Shown here: in pieces, positions 40,658-49,989 of the stretch | How the letters are laid out: the number at the start of each line of letters is the position of its first letter | Position numbering within the stretch: position 1 is the stretch's first letter | Assembly (NCBI GenBank): GCA_934168355.1 | Contig: CAKPNI010000002.1 | Location: 977 to 64,976 of the forward strand | Origin: an uncultured Clostridia bacterium | GTDB lineage: Bacteria > Bacillota > Clostridia > TANB77 > CAG-508 | Direction: 5' to 3' | Length of the DNA: 64,000 bases | The notes under the pieces: generated by a model | What the model was told of the DNA's origin: nothing | What the model saw: only the letters and a program-made list of their open reading frames with translations | Database searches by the model: none | Program-made: the position numbers and the translations under genes

Positions 40658-40748
40658 AAAGAAACGGTCCCAGTGGAAAAAGAAACGGTCATTTCGCGAA
40701 AAGAAACGGTCCCAATGAAAAAAGAAACGGTCCTTTTGCGAAAAAAGA
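40656..40748. repeat. intergenic element copy R8 (four direct half-units)
   Basis: gaaaagaaacggtc occurs four times at ~21-23-nt spacing, between accB and fabZ. Confidence 0.85.
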
Positions 40749-40761
40749 GAGGAAGATAAAA

Positions 40762-41184
40762 ATGTTAAATAAAGAAGAAATAAAAAAAATAATCCCACAA
40801 AGAGAACCATTCTTAATGGTAGATGAAGTGGAAGAATATAAACCCGGAGAAAGTGCAATAGCTTATAAATATGTAGATGAAACAGAATGGTATTTTAAAG
40901 GACATTTTCCAGATAATCCAATAATGCCAGGGGTTTTAATTGTAGAAAGTTTAGCTCAAACTGGTGCGGTTGCAATTTTGAGTTTGAAGGAAAATAAAGG
41001 AAAAAACGCTTTATTTGGCGGGATTGATAAAATGAAATTTAAGAAAACCGTTGTACCCGGAGATAAATTGAAGTTGGAAGTTAAGATTATTAAGAAAAAG
41101 GGTCCAATAGGGGTTGGAGAAGCATTGGCTACTTGTGAGGGAAAAGTTGTTGCCAGAGGGGAGCTTACTTTTGCGGTAGTGTAA
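40762..41184 (+). CDS. fabZ: 3-hydroxyacyl-ACP dehydratase
   Basis: IPQREPFLMVD and GHFPDNPIMPGVLIVESLAQ motifs. ATG 40762 follows GAGAGGAAG. The upstream ORF extension is a translated repeat element. Confidence 0.95.
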   Translation: MLNKEEIKKIIPQREPFLMVDEVEEYKPGESAIAYKYVDETEWYFKGHFPDNPIMPGVLIVESLAQTGAVAILSLKENKGKNALFGGIDKMKFKKTVVPGDKLKLEVKIIKKKGPIGVGEALATCEGKVVARGELTFAVV

Positions 41185-41197
41185 AAAATATAAGAAA

Positions 41198-41226
41198 ACC
41201 CCTCACAAATAAGTTGTGAGGGGGGA
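41198..41226. terminator. bidirectional terminator hairpin between fabZ and the antisense ORF
   Basis: cccctcacaa / ttgtgagggg stem. Confidence 0.6.
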
Positions 41227-41231
41227 TGAAA

Positions 41232-41450
41232 TTATTCCCAATCGTTGACAGAAAAGAATTGCATGGCATCAGGTCCTATTTTTAGTGCAAGTTTAATTGC
41301 ATCAAATTCTGAGATCTGACGTTCTTTAACAGTAACAACAAGCCAGCCGATGAATTCATCTGGAACTTCACATCTTTGAAGAACCTGGCCTATTTCCTCT
41401 GTTAAATTTTGCAATTTTTCCTTCCGTGTTAAATCGGTAACTTCAATCAT
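41232..41450 (-). CDS. hypothetical protein (72 aa), antisense to the fab/acc cluster
   Basis: Good RBS (AAGGAGGAATCATT-ATG) and no recognised family. Contains one in-frame CGG. Confidence 0.5.
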   Translation of the reverse strand: MIEVTDLTRKEKLQNLTEEIGQVLQRCEVPDEFIGWLVVTVKERQISEFDAIKLALKIGPDAMQFFSVNDWE

Positions 41451-41545
41451 AATGATTCCTCCTTAGAATTTATAATGTTCTAAGTATAACATATATTGAA
41501 TAATATGTAAAGTTTTTATGAAATTTTTTAGAAAAAGGTGAATAT

Positions 41546-42886
41546 ATGAATAAAATATTGATAGCCAACAGAGGCGAGATAGCAGTAAGAATAATAAGAG
41601 CGTGTAAAGAAATGAATATAAAAACAGTAGCTGTATATTCAGAAGCAGACAAAGATAGTCTACATACTCGTTTAGCTGATGAAGCAATATGTATTGGACC
41701 TGCAAATTCTGATAAAAGCTATTTAAACTATAAAAATATAATAGAAGCAGCATATTTAACAGGAGCAGACAGTATACATCCTGGTTTTGGTTTTCTCTCT
41801 GAAAATAGTCAATTTGCGAAGATATGTGAAGAGTCTAATATAAAGTTTATAGGACCATCATATGAAGTAATAAAACTTATGGGCAATAAATCAAATGCCA
41901 AAGAAATGATGGAAAAAGCAGGAGTGCCTGTGGTTCCCGGTTCTAAAGGGAGTATAAAAAGCATAAATGATGCAAAAAAAACAGCCAAAGAAATAGGATA
42001 TCCGATAATGCTTAAAGCTGCAGCAGGTGGCGGAGGAAAAGGAATTCGTATTGTAAATGATGAAAGTGAATTGGAAAATAGTTACAATATCGTAAAACAA
42101 GAAGCTATGATTTCTTTTAAAGATGATGAAATTTATATGGAAAAATTTGTGCAAAATCCAAGACATGTGGAAATTCAAATTTTGGCAGATGAACATGGAA
42201 ATGTTATACATTTAGGTGAAAGAGATTGCACTGTACAAAGAAGAAATCAAAAGGTAATAGAAGAAACAGGTTCTACTGCAATTGATGATAAATTAAGAGA
42301 AAAAATGGGAGAATCAGCAATAAAAGCAGCTAAAAAAGTTGGATATACAAGTTGTGGTACAGTTGAATTTTTAGTGGATAAAAATAAAAATTTCTACTTT
42401 ATGGAGATGAATACAAGAATTCAAGTTGAGCATGGAATTACTGAGGAAAGAACAGGAATTGATATTGTAAAAGAACAAATTCGAATTGCGGCAGGTGAAA
42501 AGCTTAAAATAAAGCAAAAAGATGTTAAGTTTAGAGGTCATGTAATAGAATGCAGAATAAATGCAGAAAATCCTGAAAAGAATTTCAGACCAAGTCCGGG
42601 AAAGATTACGGGATTAATTTTACCGGGTGGAAATGGAATTAGAGTTGATACATTTGTATATGAGGGCTACACAATTCCACCTAATTATGATTCTATGATT
42701 GCAAAGATAATAGCTCATGGTAAGAATAGAAATGAGGCTATAAGTAAAATGAAAAGAGCATTGGAAGAAACTGTAATTGAAGGTGTAGATACTAATATTG
42801 ATTTTTTGTTTAGGATTATTAGAAATTCTAATTTCCTTAGGGGGAAATATGATACATCTTTTATTGAGAAAGAAATTTTGAGGTAG
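41546..42886 (+). CDS. accC: acetyl-CoA carboxylase biotin carboxylase subunit
   Basis: ILIANRGEIAVRIIRACKEMNI, GGGGKGIR and EMNTRIQVEH motifs. Confidence 0.95.
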   Translation: MNKILIANRGEIAVRIIRACKEMNIKTVAVYSEADKDSLHTRLADEAICIGPANSDKSYLNYKNIIEAAYLTGADSIHPGFGFLSENSQFAKICEESNIKFIGPSYEVIKLMGNKSNAKEMMEKAGVPVVPGSKGSIKSINDAKKTAKEIGYPIMLKAAAGGGGKGIRIVNDESELENSYNIVKQEAMISFKDDEIYMEKFVQNPRHVEIQILADEHGNVIHLGERDCTVQRRNQKVIEETGSTAIDDKLREKMGESAIKAAKKVGYTSCGTVEFLVDKNKNFYFMEMNTRIQVEHGITEERTGIDIVKEQIRIAAGEKLKIKQKDVKFRGHVIECRINAENPEKNFRPSPGKITGLILPGGNGIRVDTFVYEGYTIPPNYDSMIAKIIAHGKNRNEAISKMKRALEETVIEGVDTNIDFLFRIIRNSNFLRGKYDTSFIEKEILR

Positions 42887-42900
42887 AAATTTGCCCAGTT

Positions 42901-42960
42901 GTTCATTTTGAACCGGTTCTTTTGTGAACATGTTCGAAAAAGAACCGGTCCAAAATGAAC
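42901..42960. repeat. intergenic palindromic element copy R9 (GAACATGTTC-centre subfamily)
   Basis: gttcattttgaaccggttcttttgtgaacatgttcgaaaaagaaccggtccaaaatgaac, between accC and accD. Confidence 0.9.
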
Positions 42961-42980
42961 AAAAACAGAAAGGAGAAAAA

Positions 42981-43815
42981 ATGCTAGTAGATAAAATCAA
43001 AAAAAGAGAACCAACTGCAAAAAGAAACATAAATAAGGTAGATATTCAAGTAGGAAAATGGGTAAAATGCACAAAATGTAAAGAAATCCTATATAAAGAA
43101 GATGTAAGAAACAATTTAAACATATGCCCTGTATGTGGAGCATATTTTAGAATGCACATAAATAGAAGACTAGAAAACATAATAGATAAAGGGACATATA
43201 AAAGGTTTGAATTAAACATAGATAATGTAAATCCATTAGGATTAGAAGATTATCAATCAAAACTTGAAAGGCTAAGACAAAAGACAGACTTAGAAGAAGC
43301 CGTAAGTTGTGGTACACGGAAAGATCGATGGAAAAAATGTTGTTATATGTATAATGGATAGTGGATTTTTAATGGGAAGTATGGGAACAGTTGTTGGTGA
43401 AAAAATAACTTATGCTATTGAAAAAGCAATTGAACTTAAATATCCACTTATAATATTTACAGTGTCTGGTGGAGCAAGAATGCAAGAGGGGATAATGTCT
43501 CTTATGCAAATGGCCAAAACGACTGCTGCAATATCTAGGTTAAATGAAGCAGGAGGACTTTATATTTCTGTTTTAACAGACCCAACTTATGGCGGTGTTA
43601 CAGCTTCTTTTGCTAGCATTGCTGATATTGTTCTAAGTGAACCGGGGGCAATGATTGGTTTTGCTGGTCAAAGAGTTATTGAGCAGACTATTGGAGAGAG
43701 CCTACCTGAGGGGTTTCAGACTGCAGAGTTTTTGTTGGAACATGGTTTTGTGGATAAGATTGTGGAGAGAAGAGAATTGAAACATGTTTTGGAAAAACTA
43801 ATTGAGCTAAATTAG
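42981..43815 (+). CDS. accD: acetyl-CoA carboxylase carboxyltransferase beta; frame interrupted (+1) at CGG 43317-43319
   Basis: Zn ribbon [10 protein letters not shown]...[10 protein letters not shown] lies in the first frame. [19 protein letters not shown] ... SGGARMQEG lies in the +1 frame (ORF 43309..43815). Skipping C43317 gives ..[19 protein letters not shown]. Confidence 0.9.
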
Positions 43816-43821
43816 TGATTT

Positions 43822-43897
43822 TTTTCGCATTAGGACCGTTTCTTTTCGCGAAAAGAAACGGTCCCAATGGAAAAAGAAACGGTCCCAATACGAAAAA
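43822..43897. repeat. intergenic element copy R10 (palindrome plus extra half-unit)
   Basis: cgcattaggaccgtttcttttcgcgaaaagaaacggtcccaatgg followed by aaaaagaaacggtcccaatacg, between accD and accA. Confidence 0.85.
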
Positions 43898-43910
43898 AGG
43901 AGTGAAAAAA

Positions 43911-44705
43911 ATGCAAACAGCATGGCAAAAAGTACAAATAGCAAGAGCAAGTGATAGGAAAACATCATTAGATTATATAGAAAAAATATTTGATGAATTT
44001 ATAGAGCTACATGGAGACAGAAACTACAGAGATGATAAAGCAATGGTATGTGGTTTAGCAAGAATAGGAACACAAAATTATACTGTAATTGCAGAGCAAA
44101 AAGGTAGAAACACAAAGGAAAATATAGAAAGAAATTTTGGAATGCCAAATCCAGAAAGTTATAGAAAAGCAATAAGATTTATGAGCCAAGCTGAAAAATT
44201 TCATAGGCCTGTTATTACTTTTATAGATACAAAAGGTGCATATCCGGGAATTGGTGCAGAAGAAAGAGGACAAGGAGAGGCTATTGCAAGCTCTATGCTT
44301 AAAATGGCAGGATTAAAAGTTCCTATTATTTCAATTGTTATTGGTGAGGGTTCTAGTGGAGGAGCTTTAGCAATTGGGGTGGCAAATAAGGTGTTTATGT
44401 TGGAAAATGCGATTTATTCAATTTTGTCTCCTGAAGGGTATGCAAGTATTTTGTGGAAAGATGCATCAAGAGCAGAAGAAGCGGCAGAAAAGATGAAACT
44501 TACAGCAAAAGACTTGTATGATTTGAATGTTATTGATAAAATTATTGAAGAACCTGAAGATGATTTTGATAAAGTAACTGAAAATTTGAAGCAAGAAATT
44601 GTAAAAAACATAAAAGCTTTAAATAAAATGTCAGAAAAGGAAATTGCCTACGACAGATACAAAAAATTTAGAAACATGGGGGAATATTATGATACTAGAA
44701 AATAA
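43911..44705 (+). CDS. accA: acetyl-CoA carboxylase carboxyltransferase alpha
   Basis: FIDTKGAYPGIGAEERGQGEAIA motif. ATG 43911 follows AAAGGAGTG. Confidence 0.95.
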   Translation: MQTAWQKVQIARASDRKTSLDYIEKIFDEFIELHGDRNYRDDKAMVCGLARIGTQNYTVIAEQKGRNTKENIERNFGMPNPESYRKAIRFMSQAEKFHRPVITFIDTKGAYPGIGAEERGQGEAIASSMLKMAGLKVPIISIVIGEGSSGGALAIGVANKVFMLENAIYSILSPEGYASILWKDASRAEEAAEKMKLTAKDLYDLNVIDKIIEEPEDDFDKVTENLKQEIVKNIKALNKMSEKEIAYDRYKKFRNMGEYYDTRK

Positions 44706-45462
44706 AAAAATATTAATAATGGGAATAAGAAACAAATGGAGCATAGCCTATGGAATAGCAAAATCTGCATATGAAAATGGTGCTAAACTTATTTTTACAT
44801 ATACGGATGAAGAAAATAAAGGCAAAACGGAAGCTCTAATATCTGAATTTGAGGGAAGCAAAGCTTATGTTTTAAAAGATGCATCTGTTGATGAGCTTGT
44901 ACAAGAGACCTTTACTAAAATAAAAGCTGAAAATGGAAAAGTAGATGGAATTGTGCATTGTATAGCACATGCATTTACAGAAGATTTACATAATGATTTT
45001 ATTGAAACAAGTAAAGCAGGATATGCCCATGCAGTAGATGTTAGCAGTTATTCATTTGTTTTGGCAGCACGAGTTGCTAAAGAATTAGATATGTTAAATG
45101 AAAATGCAAGTTTAGTTGCACTTACTTATTATGGCTCTACTAAAGTATTAGAGGGTTATAATGTAATGGGAGTTGCAAAAGCAGCATTAGAAGCTAGTAT
45201 TAGATATTTGGCTGATAATTTAGGCAAAGATGGAATTAGGGTAAATGGAGTTTCGGCTGGGCCTATTAAGACTTTATCTGCCAAAGGTATTAAAGATTTT
45301 GGAAGTATTTTGAAAATTGTTGAAGAAAAAGCACCATTACATAAAAATGTAAATACTGTCCAAGTAGGAAATGTGGTTTCTTTTTTACTAAGTCAAATGA
45401 GTGATTGTGTTACAGGACAAATTTTGTTCGCTGATAATGGTTATAATATAATGGGAAATTAG
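44689..45462 (+). CDS. fabI: enoyl-ACP reductase FabI
   Basis: KKILIMGIRNKWSIAYGIAKS ... NGVSAGPIKTLSA. The start overlaps the accA 3' end. Confidence 0.9.
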   Translation: MILENKKILIMGIRNKWSIAYGIAKSAYENGAKLIFTYTDEENKGKTEALISEFEGSKAYVLKDASVDELVQETFTKIKAENGKVDGIVHCIAHAFTEDLHNDFIETSKAGYAHAVDVSSYSFVLAARVAKELDMLNENASLVALTYYGSTKVLEGYNVMGVAKAALEASIRYLADNLGKDGIRVNGVSAGPIKTLSAKGIKDFGSILKIVEEKAPLHKNVNTVQVGNVVSFLLSQMSDCVTGQILFADNGYNIMGN

Positions 45463-45501
45463 GAATTTATAGCAAAATTATACAAAAAATAAAAAAAACT
45501 C

Positions 45502-45530
45502 TTGTCAAACTAAATGAAATAGTATAGAAT
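45502..45530 (+). promoter_or_regulatory. candidate promoter (TTGTCA-17-TAGAAT)
   Basis: TTGTCA at 45502-45507, a 17-nt spacer, and TAGAAT at 45525-45530. Confidence 0.4.
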
Positions 45531-45566
45531 ACTGTCATAAAGTAAAACAAAAAAAGAGGTATAAAA

Positions 45567-45656
<90 letters not shown>

Positions 45657-45670
45657 AATAAATAGAAGAA

Positions 45671-45720
45671 GCAAGCAAAATAAACCTATAAAGCAATAGG
45701 TTAGTTTTGCTTGCTTTTGG
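45671..45720 (+). terminator. strong hairpin plus T-run upstream of the pilin-RCC1 gene (terminator/attenuator)
   Basis: gcaagcaaaa..aacctat / ataggtt..ttttgcttgc (10+7 bp with a 2-nt internal mismatch), loop aaagca, followed by TTTT. Confidence 0.65.
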
Positions 45721-45767
45721 CGTTTGTAATTTGCATTAATACCGAAAAAAGAAAAGGAGGAAAAGAA

Positions 45768-47631
45768 ATGAATTTACAACAAAAATTCAAAAGAAACAAA
45801 GGAATAACGTTAATAGCGTTAGTAGTAACAATTATTGTGTTATTAATTTTAGCACGGAATAAGTATTAATATGCTAACAGGGCAAAACGGAATACTAAAC
45901 AGGGCGTCAGAGGCAAAAGACAAAACAGTAATATCACAAGAGGAGGAAAGTGTAAAACTTTCGATATCAGATGCATTAACACAAGGCTTAGGAACAATTG
46001 TGACAGAAGATTTACAAACAGCTTTAACAAATAATGGCTTAAAAGGAACATTAACAGGGAATGGACCTTGGACTTATACCGGAGAATATAAAAAATACAA
46101 AATTGAAAAAAATGGAAGTATGACTAGTAGTGATAATACCAGTGGATCAAGTGGCGAAATAGTTGAGATGGTAGGAAGTTATGGAATAACAGAGAGCAAA
46201 AAGTTAATTAAAATGAATATAACTCAAGATAGGAATGTTTGGAAAGAAGCAACGATTGGAGAAGAAGTAAGTGAAGTAGGAACGGTAAAGGAAGCTTATT
46301 CTGGACCATGTGGAAAGCATTTTATTATTAATGATGAAGGAGATGTATATTCTTGGGGATATAATTATTCTGGACAATTGGGAATAGGAAATGACATCAT
46401 AGATCAATCTTCACCTATAAAGATGAATGGAATAAGTAATGTTGAAGAAATCTATACATTCGGAGAGAATTATTCATATGCAAGGACAAAGGAAGGATAT
46501 ATTTATGCATGGGGAAATAATTATTCTGGTCAATTAGGAATTGGTAATACTCAACATCAAAATACTCCAGTAAAGATAAATGAATTATCAAATATAGTGA
46601 AAATGCAATATAATGGAAGTACTAATTCTATGAATTTATATGCAATAACAAAAGACGGAGAAATATATGCTTGGGGGGAAAATTCGGATGGTATTTTAGG
46701 TATAGGAAATACAGAAGCACAAAACAAACCTGTTAAATTAAATGGAATAAATAATGTAGAAAAAATATATTTTGGTGATAGATGTGCATATGCTAAAACA
46801 AAAAGTGGAGAGGTATATGCATGGGGAGAAAATGGTAACGGACAATTGGGAGTTGGAAATACAGAGCAACAAAATATTCCGGTAAAAATAGAAGATCTAC
46901 CAAGTGTTGACGAGATATATTTAAACGATGATATTACAGGAGGATATTTTAAAACAAAAACAGGAGAGATATATTTATGTGGAGATGTCTATGGATGGTC
47001 GGAAAAAGAAAATAAGGAAGACTATTATAAGCCATCTAAATTCGAGAAGGTAAATGGTGTTGAAAAAATACAAATGAATGGATGCGATGAAACATATGTT
47101 TTAACAAAGGATAGAAGTGTGTATAAAATGTATTATTATGAAGATGAAAATGGCGAAAATGGAAGAGATACTATTGAAAAAATGGATATTTTAAATAATA
47201 CTGAAAAAATATATACTTTAAATGGTAGTATGTTTGCTAAGAAAACAAACGGAGAAATATATGCTTGGGGACGTAATGAAGATGGTTTATTAGGAATCGG
47301 TAGTGAATCTGAATGGCAAGAGGAACCTATAAAGATGAATAATTTATCCAATGTTGAAGAATTGTATATTTTTGAAGGAAATTATGCATATGCAAAGACA
47401 TCGACGGGAAAAGTTTATTCATGGGGACGCGATTATGGAGGACGTTTAGGCTTCGGAGACAATATTGATACCATAAACGTAGCAACTTGTTGGGATGACA
47501 TACAAGAATTGAAGGAGAAAAATGTCAAGGTGAAATCTTTGCAAATGAATAATGATTTTCCATATGATAATATAAATATACTTACAGAAGATGGTAGAAT
47601 TTTTGTATATAGATGGAGTAGCGCTGCATAA
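45768..47631 (+). CDS. prepilin-type N-terminal domain protein fused to RCC1-repeat beta-propeller; frame interrupted (+1) at CGG 45855-45857
   Basis: MNLQQKFKRNKGITLIALVVTIIVLLILA, then CGG, with a stop at 45867-45869. The +1 frame gives GISINMLTGQNGILNRASEAKDKT..., collinear with the paralogue at 48454. At least six repeats of the type YAWGxNxxGQLGIGNT (RCC1). Confidence 0.75.
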
Positions 47632-47720
47632 TCTGTGAGAAAAAAATTAATAATTTTACGAGTTTAAAAAGAGAAAAAACACTTTTATTAAATACATTAA
47701 TAGAAGTGTTTTTATATATA

Positions 47721-48048
47721 TTAAGATTTCAAAACATTTGAAATACTTTCGCAAAGATGAATATATAATTCATGATTTTTTTTGGGAAGAGATTTTAATA
47801 TTTCAGAAAATACAGCATTTGAATTATTTTCGCTAATACCAAATACTAGATAATCTAGACTTATATTTAAAGCATTAGAAATTTTTGCAATAGTAGCTAA
47901 ACTAGGTGTAGTTCCACCACGCTCTATTTCACATACATATGATGGTGTGATATCTATTATTTCTGAAAGTTTTTCTTGTGTAAGTCCGAAATTCTTTTCT
48001 TTTGGTTTTAATTCTTTTTCCGATTTCTTTGTAATTTAAATTCTTCAT
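47721..48048 (-). CDS. XRE-family HTH regulator; frame interrupted (+1) at CGG 47988-47986
   Basis: Minus strand: RBS GAGGAGATAAT-ATG, then MKNLNYKEIGKRIKTKRKEF and CGG. The 0 frame stops 19 codons later. The +1 frame reads GLTQEKLSEIIDITPSYVCEIERGGTTPSLATIAKISNALNISLDYLVFG (a canonical XRE HTH) through to the stop at 47723-47721. Confidence 0.7.
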
Positions 48049-48208
48049 ATTATCTCCTCAAGTTTTTGTTGTTATTTTATAATGAATAGTTAATAAATAA
48101 CATAAACTATAAGTGAAAAACTATAACTAATAATGATGAAAAATTTGAGTTAAAAAAATTATAACTTATAAAGTGTAAGAAAATAAATGATTTGAGGCAA
48201 AAGACTAG

Positions 48209-48240
48209 TATTACAAAATTGTTACAAAAATATTACATTT
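48209..48240 (+). promoter_or_regulatory. three phased repeats of TATTACAAAA-like motif between the XRE gene and the pilin-like gene
   Basis: TATTACAAAA at 48209, TGTTACAAAA at 48220 and TATTACATTT at 48231, with 11-nt spacing. The same motif occurs at 9486-9528. Confidence 0.45.
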
Positions 48241-48453
48241 ATATTAACTTTTACTAAAAATGTTGAATATTAACTGACAGTGTGATAGCATGAAAACATA
48301 TAAAATGAATAGCCAAAAATTTATGTGCATTGAAAATTGAGTAAAGTTGATAATTGTTAAGTATAAAAAAGCTAGAAGTGGCAAAGATAGATATGTATAT
48401 AAAAAATGGCTTTAATTTATATAAAACAAAAAATAAAAATAGGAGGAAGAAAA

Positions 48454-49659
48454 ATGTTAAAGGAAACATTAAAAAGAAACAAAGGTATAACCTTAATTGC
48501 GCTCGTTGTAACAATAATAGTACTTTTAATATTAGCGGGAATAAGTATAGCAATGTTAACAGGACAAAATGGAATACTAAATAGGGCAAGTGAAGCACAA
48601 GAAAAAACAGGAACAGCACAAACAGAGGAATTAGTAAAATTATCAGTAACAGATGCAATCACACAAGGATTAGGAGAATTGACAGATGTAAATTTAAAAA
48701 CAGCATTAAATAACAACATAGGAGAAGGAAAATATGAAATTTCTGGGGATGCAACATCAGGATGGACAGTAACAGTTGATGGAAAAGAATTTAAGATAGA
48801 CTCTACAGGAAAAATAGGAAAAGAGCCAGAACCAATACCAACCCCAACACCAGAACCAGGACCAGAATTTTCTGAATGTACATGGACAGAAATAAATGCA
48901 TTAGCAAAAGAAATAGCAAAAGATAATACAATAACAAATCAAACAGCAAATGTAACGAAAACCATAAATGGAAAAGAATATGCAGCAAAAGTAGGAGATG
49001 AAAAAACAATAACAATAGCAAGCAAAGATTATAAAGTAAGAATATTAGGATTTAATCACGATACATTAGAAAGTGGAGCTACAGCATACAATGACTCAAC
49101 AATAACAAAAGCAGGAATAAGTTTTGAATTTAAAACATTATTGCCTGTAGCAAAAATGAACACAACAGATACAAATAAAGATGGATGGGGAGCATCATTA
49201 ATGAGAACAAACTTAAATAGTACAAGTGCAGTGGATGGAATGGTAAATTTATCAGATATAGAAAGTGTAATAGGAAGTAATATAATAAAAAGTGTAACAA
49301 AGAGTTATATAAAAACAAATAATGACGCAAATTCAGTAACACAGTGCAATGATAAATTATGGTTGTTGGCATGTTCAGAAGTTGCAAATAGTGGTTACAC
49401 AGATGGAGCTTATGCGTATGCAATAACAAGTGAGGGAAGCCAATATAAATATTATGCAGATAGCAATATTGTATGGAATAGTAGTAATACTAATTCTATA
49501 AAATGTGATGTAGGAAGTACATCAGGATCTTGGTGGTGGCTTCGTTCTCCTTATTACAACAACAGCTACTATTTCTGCGGTGTCCACAGCAGCGGGAGTC
49601 TTAACAACAAGTACAACGCGAGCAACGCTAACGGCGTAGCCCCGGGCTTTGCAATCTAG
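48454..49659 (+). CDS. prepilin-type N-terminal domain protein with Pro/Thr/Glu linker and C-terminal WWLRSP-type (DUF6273-like) domain
   Basis: MLKETLKRNKGITLIALVVTIIVLLILAGISIAMLTGQNGILNRASEAQEKT. The linker is EPEPIPTPTPEPGPE. The C-terminus contains SGSWWWLRSPYYNNSYYFCGVHSSG. ATG 48454 follows AGGAGGAAG. Confidence 0.7.
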   Translation: MLKETLKRNKGITLIALVVTIIVLLILAGISIAMLTGQNGILNRASEAQEKTGTAQTEELVKLSVTDAITQGLGELTDVNLKTALNNNIGEGKYEISGDATSGWTVTVDGKEFKIDSTGKIGKEPEPIPTPTPEPGPEFSECTWTEINALAKEIAKDNTITNQTANVTKTINGKEYAAKVGDEKTITIASKDYKVRILGFNHDTLESGATAYNDSTITKAGISFEFKTLLPVAKMNTTDTNKDGWGASLMRTNLNSTSAVDGMVNLSDIESVIGSNIIKSVTKSYIKTNNDANSVTQCNDKLWLLACSEVANSGYTDGAYAYAITSEGSQYKYYADSNIVWNSSNTNSIKCDVGSTSGSWWWLRSPYYNNSYYFCGVHSSGSLNNKYNASNANGVAPGFAI

Positions 49660-49989
49660 CACCAAGTCAACATAATATAAAAAGGGATAAAATACTATAA
49701 ACACTTTGATGAATAGAGGATACAAAAACTAACATAAAGCCACAAAAGGGTGGTGGGTGGACACACCAATGTCCCCAAAAACAAACGACCAAAAAGGCAC
49801 CAAGCCAAATTGGTCGCTAATTTTTTGCCCAACAAGTAAAAATATTATAACAACTTAAAAAGCTTCATAACTTTACATTCAACCATAAAAAACAATTATT
49901 CTTTACATTTTAAATTGCAAAAACTATTGCTATTTTTACAATTTTAATATAGAATGTAAGCAAAATAAAATAAATATAGGTGATATATT

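Noticed and set aside
36678-40748. Tandem short repeats at 36678-36763 and 40656-40748, considered as possible CRISPR arrays.
   Set aside because: They contain only 2-4 units with no unique spacers between them. The units are members of the dispersed palindromic element family, and no cas genes are present.
40654-40761. N-terminal ORF extensions such as [31 protein letters not shown] (fabZ). Similar extensions occur at 31032, 34277, 37650, 42924, 43815, 53478 and 54802.
   Set aside because: They are translations of the palindromic intergenic elements. Each gene has a proper RBS and ATG downstream that matches the conserved N-terminus of its family.
49730-49830. GC-richer patch after the second pilin-like gene (gggtggtgggtggacacaccaatgtcccc ... 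cgaccaa..ttggtcg), considered as a small RNA or tRNA fragment.
   Set aside because: I could fold no cloverleaf or conserved RNA motif by eye. It shows only a weak 7-bp hairpin with a distant T-run, which is insufficient evidence.
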